This document shows positions 8,692 to 18,818 of a stretch of 64,000 nt of DNA, in pieces; the first letter of the stretch is position 1, and each line of letters begins with the position of its first letter. Below the pieces are notes generated by a model that worked only from the letters and a program-made list of their open reading frames with translations, did not search any database and was not told the DNA's origin. Position numbers and translations under genes: made by a program. The DNA is from Candidatus Hydrogenedentota bacterium (GTDB lineage Bacteria > Hydrogenedentota > Hydrogenedentia > Hydrogenedentales > JAEUWI01). The stretch is taken from NCBI GenBank assembly GCA_034669905.1, contig JAXMOL010000009.1, positions 111,821 through 175,820 of the forward strand, read 5' to 3'.

Positions 8692-10725
8692 TCAGTCCAA
8701 AACCATTTCGTCGAGAAAGGTCAGTCGCTTGACGAACATGAAGCGGTCGATGAATTCGGAGAAGGCGTCGGGTTCAAAGGCGAAGCGGTGATCGCGACAG
8801 CCCTGCACCAACTCCACAAAGAGGTCGACGATATCGGACTGCTGGATACGTCCCCCGCTGAGGGTGTGCACGTCGCCATAGGACCATTCCGCGTTGATGG
8901 CATCCCGTAGCGCCTTACTGTCTTTGATGATACTTCCATCGGTTGCCAGGTGATTGGCCCCTGCGCGGCGCACATTGAATAGTAGCAGTACCAGCGTCAC
9001 GGCAAGAAAGACAAAGTCGGGCGTCCGCTGCTCGGGGAGGGTGGCCGGCTCGTAAGAGTCCAGGTCGATTCCCTTGAGTTGGCCCCGCCGACTGATCATG
9101 AGGTTGCCGTTTTTCAGGTCGTTGATGGCGTATCCAATCTGGTGGATTTCTTCGACCCAGAGCAGCATGCTGGTGATGAGATCCAGGCAGTGAGATAGGC
9201 TCAATGGCTCGGTGAACGATGCGGTAAGCCGGGCGCCCCGCCAGGCCTCTCCCTGGGCACCGGCCAGGGCCTGGGCATAACTGTTGGGGAGGGTCTGGTC
9301 CTGCACGCGCCCCCGGGGACCATGAAAACTGGCGTGCTCGACCCCGGCCACCCCGGCGAGGTGGTCGAGTGTTTCGCCATCGACCCGCTGCAGGATGTGG
9401 TAGGTGTATTTCTTGCCACTGAGTTTGCCCGCGTCGTAGATGCGGATTACGTGGGGCGAACGGGCGAGGTCACGGGCCGTATTGAGGGTGATTTCGGCGG
9501 CCTGAATGGCCTGCTTTTTCTGGCCCCGCTGAATCCGGTCCACCTTCAGCGCCACAAACTGAGGGATGTGGGGGTTCTCCCGATTCACGGCATCGTAGAC
9601 GCGGCCAAACTGTCCAATGCCGAGTTGACGGACGAGGGTGAATCCCATCTCGTCGAAAGCGCGTCCCACTTTTTTCCAGGCGGCCAGGTCCTCGGCATCC
9701 TGAATCCCGTAGCGTCCCACCACGGGCGAGGGGGTGGCAATTTTCCGCTTTTTAACCCAGGACCAGTCCATGGGGAGCATGGCCCGCGTTGGGTCGGGCA
9801 TGACGCCCGCCAGGCTGAGCCGGAGATAACATTGATCCAGGTATTCGCGCACGAGGACCTGCGCAATGTCCTGGTTATGCCGACATCCCTTCTCGGTGAT
9901 GAAGAAGCGCAGCTCATTGAGCAGGCGAAAATAAGGGTGGCGCTCATAGAGCCGGGACCGCTCGATGTTGTCCCGTTTGCTGTGGTATTTCTCAAAGAGT
10001 TCGCCGGCCTTGTTGGGAATCAGTTTGCGCTTGGAGACATCCTTAAAGAGGAGGTTGATGGCGAGCAGACACATTTTCGTGGTGACGTCGATGCGCTCGA
10101 CGAAGTCGTCCCGGGGCGCACTGGAGCGGGCCAGTTTGGAGAGGATACCCTGCATCAGTGGCCAGGCGACGCCCAGCAGGCGGGTGGGTTTTTCGACCTC
10201 CAACAATGCGTCGGAATCGTCGAGGAACGCGCGCACCAAATCGGATTGGACCACGATGTTGTTTTCCATGGGGTGGAGCGCTTCATCGAAGCGGACCTCC
10301 CGCGTGACGTCAGACGGCAGGGTCGCGCTGAGATAGAGGTTGAGGGCGGCGCCGCCGTTGGTCTTGTTGCCGAAAACCAGGTCATCGAGCACGGCTCCCA
10401 CGTGTTCCTGCTCGTGGGCGCAGTCCGAAATGACGGCGTAGGCCGCGTTCAGGGCGCGGGTGAGGGGCTGGGAGTCGGGGGTTTCCGGGCGAAAGAGTAT
10501 ATAACGGGCGTTGTCGTCCCAGAGAATCGCGACGCGGATGTTGCGCACATAGCGCTCCTCGCGCGCCCGATTGAGATAGGCTTCCCAGGCCTCCGGCTCG
10601 CCTGCGAATACGGTGTTGGAAAACTCCGTCTTTACGCGGGTGCGTAGGGCATCATGGGTCACGCCTTCCGGCGGCTTGGGGGGGCGCAACCACTGCCCGG
10701 CCCGGTATAGATCCCACAACGTCAT
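8692..10725 (-). CDS. Atypical Ser/Thr protein kinase-like protein with unknown N-terminal half
   Basis: LGIGQFGRVY Gly-loop, VALK, HVIRIYDAG, INDLKNGNLM catalytic loop, IDLD in place of DFG. Confidence 0.7.
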   Translation of the reverse strand: MTLWDLYRAGQWLRPPKPPEGVTHDALRTRVKTEFSNTVFAGEPEAWEAYLNRAREERYVRNIRVAILWDDNARYILFRPETPDSQPLTRALNAAYAVISDCAHEQEHVGAVLDDLVFGNKTNGGAALNLYLSATLPSDVTREVRFDEALHPMENNIVVQSDLVRAFLDDSDALLEVEKPTRLLGVAWPLMQGILSKLARSSAPRDDFVERIDVTTKMCLLAINLLFKDVSKRKLIPNKAGELFEKYHSKRDNIERSRLYERHPYFRLLNELRFFITEKGCRHNQDIAQVLVREYLDQCYLRLSLAGVMPDPTRAMLPMDWSWVKKRKIATPSPVVGRYGIQDAEDLAAWKKVGRAFDEMGFTLVRQLGIGQFGRVYDAVNRENPHIPQFVALKVDRIQRGQKKQAIQAAEITLNTARDLARSPHVIRIYDAGKLSGKKYTYHILQRVDGETLDHLAGVAGVEHASFHGPRGRVQDQTLPNSYAQALAGAQGEAWRGARLTASFTEPLSLSHCLDLITSMLLWVEEIHQIGYAINDLKNGNLMISRRGQLKGIDLDSYEPATLPEQRTPDFVFLAVTLVLLLFNVRRAGANHLATDGSIIKDSKALRDAINAEWSYGDVHTLSGGRIQQSDIVDLFVELVQGCRDHRFAFEPDAFSEFIDRFMFVKRLTFLDEMVLD

Positions 10726-10861
10726 GGCGTCTCCGGTTTAATCGTAGTATAGCCCGCGGTGTCAAGGCTGCCACGAAAGGCCGCCACGAAACCGGGTGGT
10801 CGTGAGGCGGCGGGGAAGGGTCGTTTTTTCCCAACCCAGACGCTGCTTCCTTGTGGTGGGT

Positions 10862-11683
10862 TCAGCTGAATTCTCCGCGGATGTATTCCTGGGTGTATTT
10901 TTCCTGGGGGGCTTCAAAGAGCCGGTCCGAATCACCGAATTCCACCAGGTAGCCGGTCCGACTGCCCTCCGTCGTGTCCACATAGAGGAAGCCGGTTTTG
11001 TCGGCCACACGCTGGGCCTGCTGCAGATTGTGGGTTACGATGGCGATGGTATATTTTTCTTTCAGCTCGAGCATGAGCTCTTCCACCTTCCGTGTGGCGA
11101 TGGGATCGAGGGCGGAGCAGGGCTCATCCATCAGGAGCACCTCGGGCTCGGTGGCAATGGCGCGGGCGATACACAGACGCTGCTGCTGGCCACCGGAGAG
11201 GGAGAGGCCGCTCTTGTGCAGCTTGTCTTTGACCTCATCCCAGAGGGCGGCACCACGGAGGGCCATCTCCACCCGCTCTTCTTTGTTGCCCTTGAAGCGA
11301 TTCAGTTTGAGACCGAAGGCCACGTTGTTAAAAATGCTCATGGAGAAGGGGTTGGGCTGCTGGAAAACCATTCCGATATGGCGGCGGATGGCGACGGGGT
11401 CGATGGCGGGGTCATAGATGTCCCGTCCAAGAAAGTTCACCCGCCCTTCAAAGCGAAAGCCACGGACGAGGTCGTTCATGCGGTTGAGGCATCGCAGGAC
11501 CGTGCTCTTGCCACAGCCGGAGGGGCCGATGAAGGCGGTGATGGCCCCCTTGTGAATGGGGACGTAGGTATCGCGCACGGCCTTGAAGTTGCCGTAATAC
11601 AGCTCGCGAATGTCACACTCGATGACCACGTCATGTTGTGGCGTGCTCGTTGTGGTGGATTCCATTGTTTCTGCGTTGGTCAT
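10862..11683 (-). CDS. pstB: Phosphate ABC transporter ATP-binding protein
   Basis: [43 protein letters not shown] 11683 follows an AAGGAG RBS. Confidence 0.96.
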   Translation of the reverse strand: MTNAETMESTTTSTPQHDVVIECDIRELYYGNFKAVRDTYVPIHKGAITAFIGPSGCGKSTVLRCLNRMNDLVRGFRFEGRVNFLGRDIYDPAIDPVAIRRHIGMVFQQPNPFSMSIFNNVAFGLKLNRFKGNKEERVEMALRGAALWDEVKDKLHKSGLSLSGGQQQRLCIARAIATEPEVLLMDEPCSALDPIATRKVEELMLELKEKYTIAIVTHNLQQAQRVADKTGFLYVDTTEGSRTGYLVEFGDSDRLFEAPQEKYTQEYIRGEFS

Positions 11684-11735
11684 GCTGTGAAGTACTCCTT
11701 GCACCACGTCGGGTCAGTGCGTAAGGGGGGCGTGT

Positions 11736-12653
11736 CTAATCAATGCGGCGGCGGGAAATGGCCTGTCCGATGAGATTCACCGTCAAGACCAGGAGGACCA
11801 GTATCAGGGCCGCTGCCCAGGCCAGTTCCACCTGATTCTGAAAGGGGACGCCGGAAAAATTGTATATCAATACGGCGAGGGATGCCGTGGGCTGCATGAG
11901 CTCCACGTCGCCCCCGGCGGAGATCCAATAGTTGCTGAAGAGGGCCGTAAAGAGTAGCGGCGCGGTTTCACCCGCAGCCCGGGCAACCGCCAGCATGACG
12001 CCGGTGAGGATCCCCGGAAGGCTGGTAGGCAGAAGCACCATCCAGACACATTGAAAGTCGGTGGCGCCCATGCCGATGGCAGCCTCTTTCATCTTGCGGG
12101 GTACCATGCGCAGGGCCTCTTCGGCGGTCAGCATGACGGTGGGCAGCATGAGAATAGAGAGGGCCACACCACCGGCGACGGCCGAGAAGCCACCGGTCAA
12201 GAGCACGACGGCACCGTAGGCGAAGACACCGGCCAGAATGGAGGGGAAGCCGGTCAGGACTTTGCCGCAGAAACGTACGGTCTTGGCGAGGCGGGAATCG
12301 GGGGCGGTTTCGGCGAGGAAAAGGGCCGCCAGGACGCCCATGGGGACGGCAATGGCCGCTGCGATTCCGACCATGAGCACCGTGCCGAGGATGGCGTTGC
12401 CAAAGCCGCCTCCTTCCTGCATGGGGCCGGGGGGGAGTTCGTAGAAAATGGCGAAGTTCAGACTCTTCCCTCCGCGATAGAATAGCATCAGTACAACGGA
12501 AATGAGCGGGATCAGGGCGAGGAGCGTCAAGATGCCCACCACCGTGCTCATACAAAAGCTGAAAAGGGAACGTTTGTTGCCCAGGCTCTTTTCCAGATGA
12601 CGGGTATCATTCGTGAGTGCTGGGACTGCGCTGGGACGTATATTCGCATTCAT
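11736..12653 (-). CDS. pstA: Phosphate ABC transporter permease PstA
   Basis: PSILAG and ARAAGETAPLLFTA. True start MNANIRP at 12653 overlaps the pstC stop (ATGA); the ORF-track extension to 13139 is spurious. Confidence 0.93.
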   Translation of the reverse strand: MNANIRPSAVPALTNDTRHLEKSLGNKRSLFSFCMSTVVGILTLLALIPLISVVLMLFYRGGKSLNFAIFYELPPGPMQEGGGFGNAILGTVLMVGIAAAIAVPMGVLAALFLAETAPDSRLAKTVRFCGKVLTGFPSILAGVFAYGAVVLLTGGFSAVAGGVALSILMLPTVMLTAEEALRMVPRKMKEAAIGMGATDFQCVWMVLLPTSLPGILTGVMLAVARAAGETAPLLFTALFSNYWISAGGDVELMQPTASLAVLIYNFSGVPFQNQVELAWAAALILVLLVLTVNLIGQAISRRRID

Positions 12654-13657
12654 CGGACTTCCTCCAGATTCTTGGATGCCCGCTGTAAGATGGCCGCGCC
12701 AATGATATTGACGATGAGCGTGATGGCGAGCAATACAAGCGCTGCATACATGAGGACACCCACTTCCTTCTGGCCAGCTTCCGGGAAATTGTTGGCGAGG
12801 AGTGCGGCCAGGGTGTTGGCGGGGGAGAAGAGGGAGACGCTGATGACATTGGCGTTTCCGACCAGCATGGCCAGCGCCATGGTCTCTCCGAGGGCACGTC
12901 CAAAGGCCAACACCACCGCCCCGAAGAGGCCCGTGGCGGAGGTGGGGAGGATGACATAGAGAATGGCTTCCCAGCGGGTGGCGGCCATGCCGTAGGCGGC
13001 TTCCCGCAGTTTTTTCGGTACGGCATTCAGGGCGTCCCGCGAAATGGCGGCAATCGTGGGCAAGATCATTATCGCCAGAACGAGTGATGCGGGGAGAAGG
13101 CCAGGGCCACTCAGGGGAGTGCCGAACGCAGGAAACCAACCCAGGGTTTCATGGAGGTAGTTTGCCACCGGACGTATCATGGGGATGACGACAAAAATGC
13201 CCCAGAGCCCGTAGACCACGCTGGGGATGGCCGCGAGAAGCTCTACCAGATTCTTGAGAACATGCTCGAGCTGTTCGGGAAGGCGTCCCCACAGGGGGTG
13301 ATACTGAAGATTGACCGTTTTCAGTACGGCAAAAACACCGTTACTGAGGAACCCCTCGGTTAAGAAGAGGGCGACGGAGACCCCGAACACGGTACCAATC
13401 AGCAGGGCGAGTAAGGAGCTGTAGAGGGTGCCCCAGATCTCCGGGAGGATGCCGTACTCGCCCGTGTTGGCGTCCCAGGTGGTACCCACCATGAAGCCAA
13501 GTCCGTGTTGCCGAAACGCAGGAACGGCTTCCCAGGCGATCATGCAGACGATATAGACGACCAGGGCCACGGTCAACCAGGCAAATGAAAAGGTGGCAAT
13601 TCGGAAGGCCTTGTTGGCCGTACGTTGTCCCGATGTGGGTGGCTGGGAGATAGACAT
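12650..13657 (-). CDS. pstC: Phosphate ABC transporter permease PstC
   Basis: ELLAAIPSVVYGLWG; GRALGETMA. Confidence 0.95.
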   Translation of the reverse strand: MSISQPPTSGQRTANKAFRIATFSFAWLTVALVVYIVCMIAWEAVPAFRQHGLGFMVGTTWDANTGEYGILPEIWGTLYSSLLALLIGTVFGVSVALFLTEGFLSNGVFAVLKTVNLQYHPLWGRLPEQLEHVLKNLVELLAAIPSVVYGLWGIFVVIPMIRPVANYLHETLGWFPAFGTPLSGPGLLPASLVLAIMILPTIAAISRDALNAVPKKLREAAYGMAATRWEAILYVILPTSATGLFGAVVLAFGRALGETMALAMLVGNANVISVSLFSPANTLAALLANNFPEAGQKEVGVLMYAALVLLAITLIVNIIGAAILQRASKNLEEVR

Positions 13658-13679
13658 GCCTCAGGGCACCTTATGGTCG

Positions 13680-13704
13680 GGCGGGCCCCCAGAGGGAGCC
13701 CGCC
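13680..13704 (-). other. GC-rich stem-loop in pstS-pstC spacer (possible pstS mRNA stabiliser or partial terminator)
   Basis: Minus strand reads GGCGGGCTCCC-TCT-GGGGGCCCGCC. Confidence 0.4.
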
Positions 13705-13751
13705 GTGCAACGGTCGTATCCATACGCGGAGCGCGCACGCTCCGCGAAGAT

Positions 13752-14825
13752 TCAGGAGATAGTGTCGAGGGCCGCCTTGACCTTGGCGACCACGTTTTCC
13801 GGCAAGGGGATGTAGCCGAGGGATTCGCTTTCGGCCTGGCCAGTGTCGAGGCAGTAGTTCACGACTTCTTTGAGTACGGAAGCCTTGGCTGCGTCTTCAT
13901 AGGTCTTGTAGCACAGCAACCACGTGTAGGTGACGATGGGGTAGCTGGCTTCCCCGTCAGGATCGGAGATCCAGAGGATCAGGTCGTCGGGCATTTCCGC
14001 CATGGAGAGGGCTGCCTGGGCGGACGCCGTGGAGGGCGCCACAAAGGCACCGCTTTTGTTCTGCAACGAAGCCGTGGGCAGGTTCTGCCCCTTGGCGTAG
14101 CCGTATTCCACATAGCCGATGGCGCCCGGTGTGGTCATGATGCTGGCGGTGACGCCCTCATTGCCTTTGGAGCGGGTACCGACGGGCCAGTTGGGCATCT
14201 TGTTGGTGCCGGGGCTGGCCGCAAACTCGGTGTTGATCTCGCTCAGGTGCTTGGTGAAGACAAAGGTCGTGCCGCTGCTGTCCGCACGAACCACCACGTT
14301 GATGGGCAGGTCGGGGAGGGCAACTCCTTCGTTGGATGCCTGAATGGCGGGGTCATTCCAGCGGGTGACTTTCCCGAGAAAGATCCCTGTGTAGGTTTCG
14401 CGGGTCAGCTTGAGCCCTTCGATGCCGTCCAGGTTGTAGGCCAACACCACGCTACCGGCCGTCATGGGGAGCAGGACAACGCCTTCCGAAACCTGGGCGA
14501 TTTCTTCGGGCTTCATGGCCGCATCGCTGGCCCCGAAGTCTACGGTCTTGTCGATGAAGCTCTTCACGCCACTGCCGCTACCGACCGACTGATAGTCAAT
14601 CTGCACATTGCCCTGGGCATTCGAGAAATCCCGAAACCACTTGGTGTAGAGGGGGGCGGGGAAGCTGGCACCTGCGCCCTGCAGCTTCGTGAAGGTGGAA
14701 GCACGGCTGCTTTCGGCGGGGCTTCCCCCTTCGCTGGTCGAGCCGCCATTGCTTCCGGAACATCCGGAAAAGAGCATGGTCAGGCCCAGGGCCGTGATTC
14801 CGCCAATGGCAATAGATAAACGCAT
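13752..14825 (-). CDS. pstS: Phosphate-binding lipoprotein PstS
   Basis: Lipobox-like LFSGC, GAGASFPAPLY, YQSVGSGSG, RADSSGTT, YPIVTYTW. Start likely MRLSIA at 14825. Confidence 0.95.
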   Translation of the reverse strand: MRLSIAIGGITALGLTMLFSGCSGSNGGSTSEGGSPAESSRASTFTKLQGAGASFPAPLYTKWFRDFSNAQGNVQIDYQSVGSGSGVKSFIDKTVDFGASDAAMKPEEIAQVSEGVVLLPMTAGSVVLAYNLDGIEGLKLTRETYTGIFLGKVTRWNDPAIQASNEGVALPDLPINVVVRADSSGTTFVFTKHLSEINTEFAASPGTNKMPNWPVGTRSKGNEGVTASIMTTPGAIGYVEYGYAKGQNLPTASLQNKSGAFVAPSTASAQAALSMAEMPDDLILWISDPDGEASYPIVTYTWLLCYKTYEDAAKASVLKEVVNYCLDTGQAESESLGYIPLPENVVAKVKAALDTIS

Positions 14826-14907
14826 CCTGTAATTCTCCCTGTAGAGGTTTGGTTGGTTGCAATCATTCAGATTCCCAAGTGCAGTAATGGTACGCAACCA
14901 ACAGGGG

Positions 14908-14940
14908 AATTCTGCGTGTTTTGTATGAGCATTTTGTTAG
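14908..14940 (-). promoter_or_regulatory. Possible Pho-box-like 11-bp-period direct repeats upstream of pstS
   Basis: Minus strand CTAACAAAATG CTCATACAAAA CACGCAGAATT; degenerate match only. Confidence 0.3.
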
Positions 14941-15113
14941 GAAGGGGGCTTGGGCACCATTTTTATTCGCGGTGGAAAGGGGATTCCACGAGGCCGAAAA
15001 GGGGGATGGCGACCTGCCGGTAGGGTGCGCCGGAACTAAGGTGCGGAAAATACGTTTTTTCTGGGGGGATTCGCTGGAAAGGGTACCCCGTGGGGGCTTT
15101 TCAGGTACCTGTC

Positions 15114-15953
15114 TCAGGGCCCTGCGCTGGGGCCAAAAATCGGCGTGAGAAAAGATTCCCAGGCGGATTCATAGACGGTGGGGGAGGCGGCGTAGCCATT
15201 GTTGTGGCCCCCCTGGATGGGGACGAAGGTCTTGGGTTCGTTGGCACGCTGAAACAGGGCCTCCCCCTGGGAAAAGGGGATGACTTCATCCTGCGGACTG
15301 TGGAGGATGAGCAGGGGGGCATGGACGTCGCCAATCTTCTTCCCCGAATCAAAGCGGTAGCTCAGCAGCCAGATCCACGGGCGATAGACGGGTATATCCC
15401 ACGCGACGTCGGCGGTGGAAAGAAAGGTGCTCTCCAGGATAACCGCGCCTGGTGTTACGCGGGTGGCGAGCTCTGTGGTGGGGCCACCGCCGAGAGACCG
15501 GCCATAGAGGAGGATGTCTTCCGGCGCAACGTCCCGGGTGCTGACCAGATACTCCCACATGGCGGCAATGTCGGCGTAGCAGCGTTCCTCGGACGGGGCA
15601 CCCGTGCTGTGGCCAAAGCCGCCATAGTCGTAGGCCAACACGGAATAACCAAGGTTCCGCAGAATGGCGATGTTTTCCAACCGGTAGGAGAGGTTGCCCG
15701 CGTTGCCATGGGAAAAGAGCACGACGCCCCGATGGTTTTTCAGGGGAACATACCACCCGTGGGTTTCGTATCCTGCCACCGCTAGACGCACGTCTTCATA
15801 GTCCCAGCCCCGTGCGCCGGGGTCGGTCGTCATTGTCGGGTTCGCGCCAAAGATGAGGGTTCCTTGCAGGAAGTAGAGGATGGCACCCAAGCCCAGATAG
15901 ATGAGCAGGAGCATGCGTAATGCGCGGAGGACGTGGGACCGAAGTTGTTTCAT
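15114..15953 (-). CDS. Alpha/beta hydrolase (ABHD13/Bem46-like, N-terminal membrane anchor)
   Basis: HGNAGN, YDYGGFG, GRSLGGG nucleophile elbow, LHSPQDEVIP, GGHN. Confidence 0.88.
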   Translation of the reverse strand: MKQLRSHVLRALRMLLLIYLGLGAILYFLQGTLIFGANPTMTTDPGARGWDYEDVRLAVAGYETHGWYVPLKNHRGVVLFSHGNAGNLSYRLENIAILRNLGYSVLAYDYGGFGHSTGAPSEERCYADIAAMWEYLVSTRDVAPEDILLYGRSLGGGPTTELATRVTPGAVILESTFLSTADVAWDIPVYRPWIWLLSYRFDSGKKIGDVHAPLLILHSPQDEVIPFSQGEALFQRANEPKTFVPIQGGHNNGYAASPTVYESAWESFLTPIFGPSAGP

Positions 15954-16149
15954 GGGGTGCCCTTTCAGAATGCCGAGGGGGATAGCTTACGGCATACGGG
16001 ACGGGTTATCCCAATGGGTGGGCGAAAAGGAAAACGCCATGGTGCCACCCGATCCCAGGCGACCACCGGTCGGGTGGCACCACCCCGATGTTCCTGTTGG
16101 CGTCGGAGTCCAGAGGAAGGTCGGGCGATCTGAATGCGGTCGCCCTGAA

Positions 16150-16180
16150 GAAAACGGGCGCGGTCAATGTCCGCGCCCGT
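16150..16180 (-). terminator. Intrinsic terminator downstream of the M14 peptidase gene
   Basis: Minus strand CGGGCGCGG-ACATTGA-CCGCGCCCG-TTTTC. Confidence 0.65.
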
Positions 16181-16207
16181 GATTGGGATTAAGCTACGTT
16201 GCTGGTC

Positions 16208-17791
16208 TTATTCAAAGTCCCGCCATGTGTCCCAGTGGCCCCGCTGTGCGTTGGGGTCGTATTTGCAGGTCACGACAAAGAGGTCGTCTTCCGCCAGACG
16301 TTCGGGGGACAGGTTCACCTGAATAAAGGTGGCGGCCCGGGCAGTCCAGATGACGTAGCCGTCGGTCTCCGACTCGGGGATGTCCTTGCCGTTGAGCTGG
16401 AGTTCCTGGAGTTTGGCGTTGGGGTAGGGGAGACGTAGTTTGATGCTGGCGCCGTGTGCGATGGGTGCGGGGCGCGGGGCGACTTCCCCTTCGGCAGGCG
16501 CTTTCTCGGCGACGCGGTGGGTTACATAAAGCTGGGGCGTGGGGCCGTTTTGTCCGGCGGGCCAGTCGCGGAAGAAGTCATTAAGGGCGGCCACATCCAT
16601 GCGGGGGTGCTTGGCGAGCTTCTCCAGGGTGGGCCCGAACTTGTCGTCGTTCAGGTAGGTCTCCGCGTCGGCGCTGGTGGCGAAGAAGGCACTGGCCTGG
16701 CCCGCCATGGCGGGGTCGAGGGTGCCGAAAGTGAATTCGTCAAAGCGATTCCACAACTCCAGCCGACTGGCACGCCGTGCCTGGGCGGTCTCGCCGTAGG
16801 ACACGAGGGTGGCGTGGGGGTTGCCCATGATGACCTGGTTGGGGTAGCCCGCGTAGTAGTAGCCGGGCCAGCGCTCATTGCCGACCTGGAGGAGGCGCTT
16901 GTGACGGATGAGGCCACTTTCTTCCCACGCCACTTCGGTGGCCGAGATGAGGGTGTGGAAGTGTTCATAGAGATAGGTGGCGGCATAATAGCGGGGTTGG
17001 CCATACCAGCTTTTCTTCGCCAGGTTGGCCAGGCCCTTGCCATAAAAGAGGCGCTCGAGATCGGACTCACCCGTGTCCATGGGATAGCCCGCTTCTTCGC
17101 CCGCCACGTTCATCATGCGGATGATTTCCCGGTGGTAGGGGCGGACCGCGTTGTTGGAATAGGCCGCCGCCGAACTTTCAAACATGATGTATTTTTCAAA
17201 GTCCAGACTCGTGCTGTGGATGTCCGCGTGGAGGTCGGGCTGGAAGCGGTCGAAGACCTGGTGCACATAGACCGACTCGGGCACTTCTTCGGGCTTCAAC
17301 GGGCCCTTAGAATTCCACCCCGTATAGATGGGGGTGAAGTGTCCCGACACATAGCGGTCCGGGTCGACCAGTGGCAGAAAGAGCACCACCTGATTGCGGA
17401 GGATTTCTTTGGCCAGGGGGTCGGAAGAGAGGAACCATTCAATGATGGACATGACCGTGGCCGGGGCGCCCCGTTCATTGCCCGCGTGAATCGCCGTGAC
17501 GAGGGCATGTTGCTTGTTCTCATCGGGCACCGTGGGGTCCGTCATGGTGACCGCGTAGACCCCGCGGCCTTGGACGGAGTCCCCCAGTTTTTCCAGGGTG
17601 AAATCGGGACGGTTCAGTCCTTCCCAATGCTTCAGCACGGCCTCCAGTTTTTCATAGGGCGCCCAGATGGCGGGCCCGCCTACTTGCGTCGTCGGGGGGA
17701 TGCGGACGGCGTTGGGGTCTTCCTGGGCGTGGGCGAGCGTGGCGGCGAACAAGGCAATTGCCAAGGCGACGAAATAGGAACGGGTGGACAT
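16208..17791 (-). CDS. Secreted M14-family zinc carboxypeptidase-like protein
   Basis: Signal peptide; LGDSVQGR, IHAGNE, PLVDPD, ADIHS. Confidence 0.7.
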   Translation of the reverse strand: MSTRSYFVALAIALFAATLAHAQEDPNAVRIPPTTQVGGPAIWAPYEKLEAVLKHWEGLNRPDFTLEKLGDSVQGRGVYAVTMTDPTVPDENKQHALVTAIHAGNERGAPATVMSIIEWFLSSDPLAKEILRNQVVLFLPLVDPDRYVSGHFTPIYTGWNSKGPLKPEEVPESVYVHQVFDRFQPDLHADIHSTSLDFEKYIMFESSAAAYSNNAVRPYHREIIRMMNVAGEEAGYPMDTGESDLERLFYGKGLANLAKKSWYGQPRYYAATYLYEHFHTLISATEVAWEESGLIRHKRLLQVGNERWPGYYYAGYPNQVIMGNPHATLVSYGETAQARRASRLELWNRFDEFTFGTLDPAMAGQASAFFATSADAETYLNDDKFGPTLEKLAKHPRMDVAALNDFFRDWPAGQNGPTPQLYVTHRVAEKAPAEGEVAPRPAPIAHGASIKLRLPYPNAKLQELQLNGKDIPESETDGYVIWTARAATFIQVNLSPERLAEDDLFVVTCKYDPNAQRGHWDTWRDFE

Positions 17792-18044
17792 GGATTGGAC
17801 TCCTGAAGCGGATGCGTGGTGGAGGAACGGAACGCGGCCTCTCGGTTGGGATGAGAGATGTTATAACCAATTATACGGATGGGCCACCGTGTGTACAATA
17901 GACAAACGTATGCCGAAAGCGGCGCGGCAAAACAAATTGTGATACCATATTGGTCTAACGGTTACGCCTTTGGAATTGTCTTCAGGGAGTGAACGATAGC
18001 TCATTAGAATTCAGGAAACGAGACTATCGGTTTTTCTTCTTCTT

Positions 18045-18503
18045 ATGGAAATGGATTGCTCAAAAACTTCAAGGAGGCCTGTGTTCCGTATGAAAATGAC
18101 ACGAGTGGTTATGCCGTTAGCGTTGACCTTTATGGGAACTCTGATTGGTTTTTTCATAGGTGGGATAACCGGGAATGACATCGCCGAGGAGGGACAAGGT
18201 GATGGCACGAGAGCGGTCGACTATATGCTGCTTGCTACTCAGTCCGCGTATGAGTATTCTGATACAGATAAGGCTATCGCGTACGCGAACCGAGCAGTCG
18301 CCGTGGGGAAGGAATGGTATGAGACCCATGCCACTTTAGGGGAGATGTATGAGAAGGCAGGGAATAGTCGAATGGCCTTGGAAGCGTATCAACATGCCCT
18401 GGCGTTGGTAGACAACGAGAACAGTTCGCTCTACCAGAATGAGGGTGTCGACAAGCAGTTCTTGGCAGAGAAAGTGCGGGCGCTTCAAGGGGCAAGTGAA
18501 TAG
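18045..18503 (+). CDS. Small membrane-anchored TPR protein
   Basis: One TM helix, then TPR-like helices (THATLGEMYEKAGNSRMALEAYQHAL); lower-GC surroundings; start uncertain. Confidence 0.55.
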   Translation: MEMDCSKTSRRPVFRMKMTRVVMPLALTFMGTLIGFFIGGITGNDIAEEGQGDGTRAVDYMLLATQSAYEYSDTDKAIAYANRAVAVGKEWYETHATLGEMYEKAGNSRMALEAYQHALALVDNENSSLYQNEGVDKQFLAEKVRALQGASE

Positions 18504-18818
18504 AATCGAGGGTCGTTACTCTCGGACGGGTCAGGCAATCAATTCCTCAGAATTCAAACCTGTTCATGTGGGAGTCTTAGGGTATTCTGATTGTCATGGG
18601 GCTTATTGAGCAGGTCTTCCGGGGCACTCAAAGTGACTTTCTTCATTGGGGCTATCCTTTCTCGATGCTCCTCAGTAGTGTACAACGTATTCGTCTGAAA
18701 TGCCTTTTTACGCATCACGGAAAGGTTGACCTCGTTTGGGGCAGGGTGTATGTTGTTATGACCAATTCTTCACCTCTTCATCTCTCAGATAAGATTGTGT
18801 CCGACCGCGAGCCATGCC

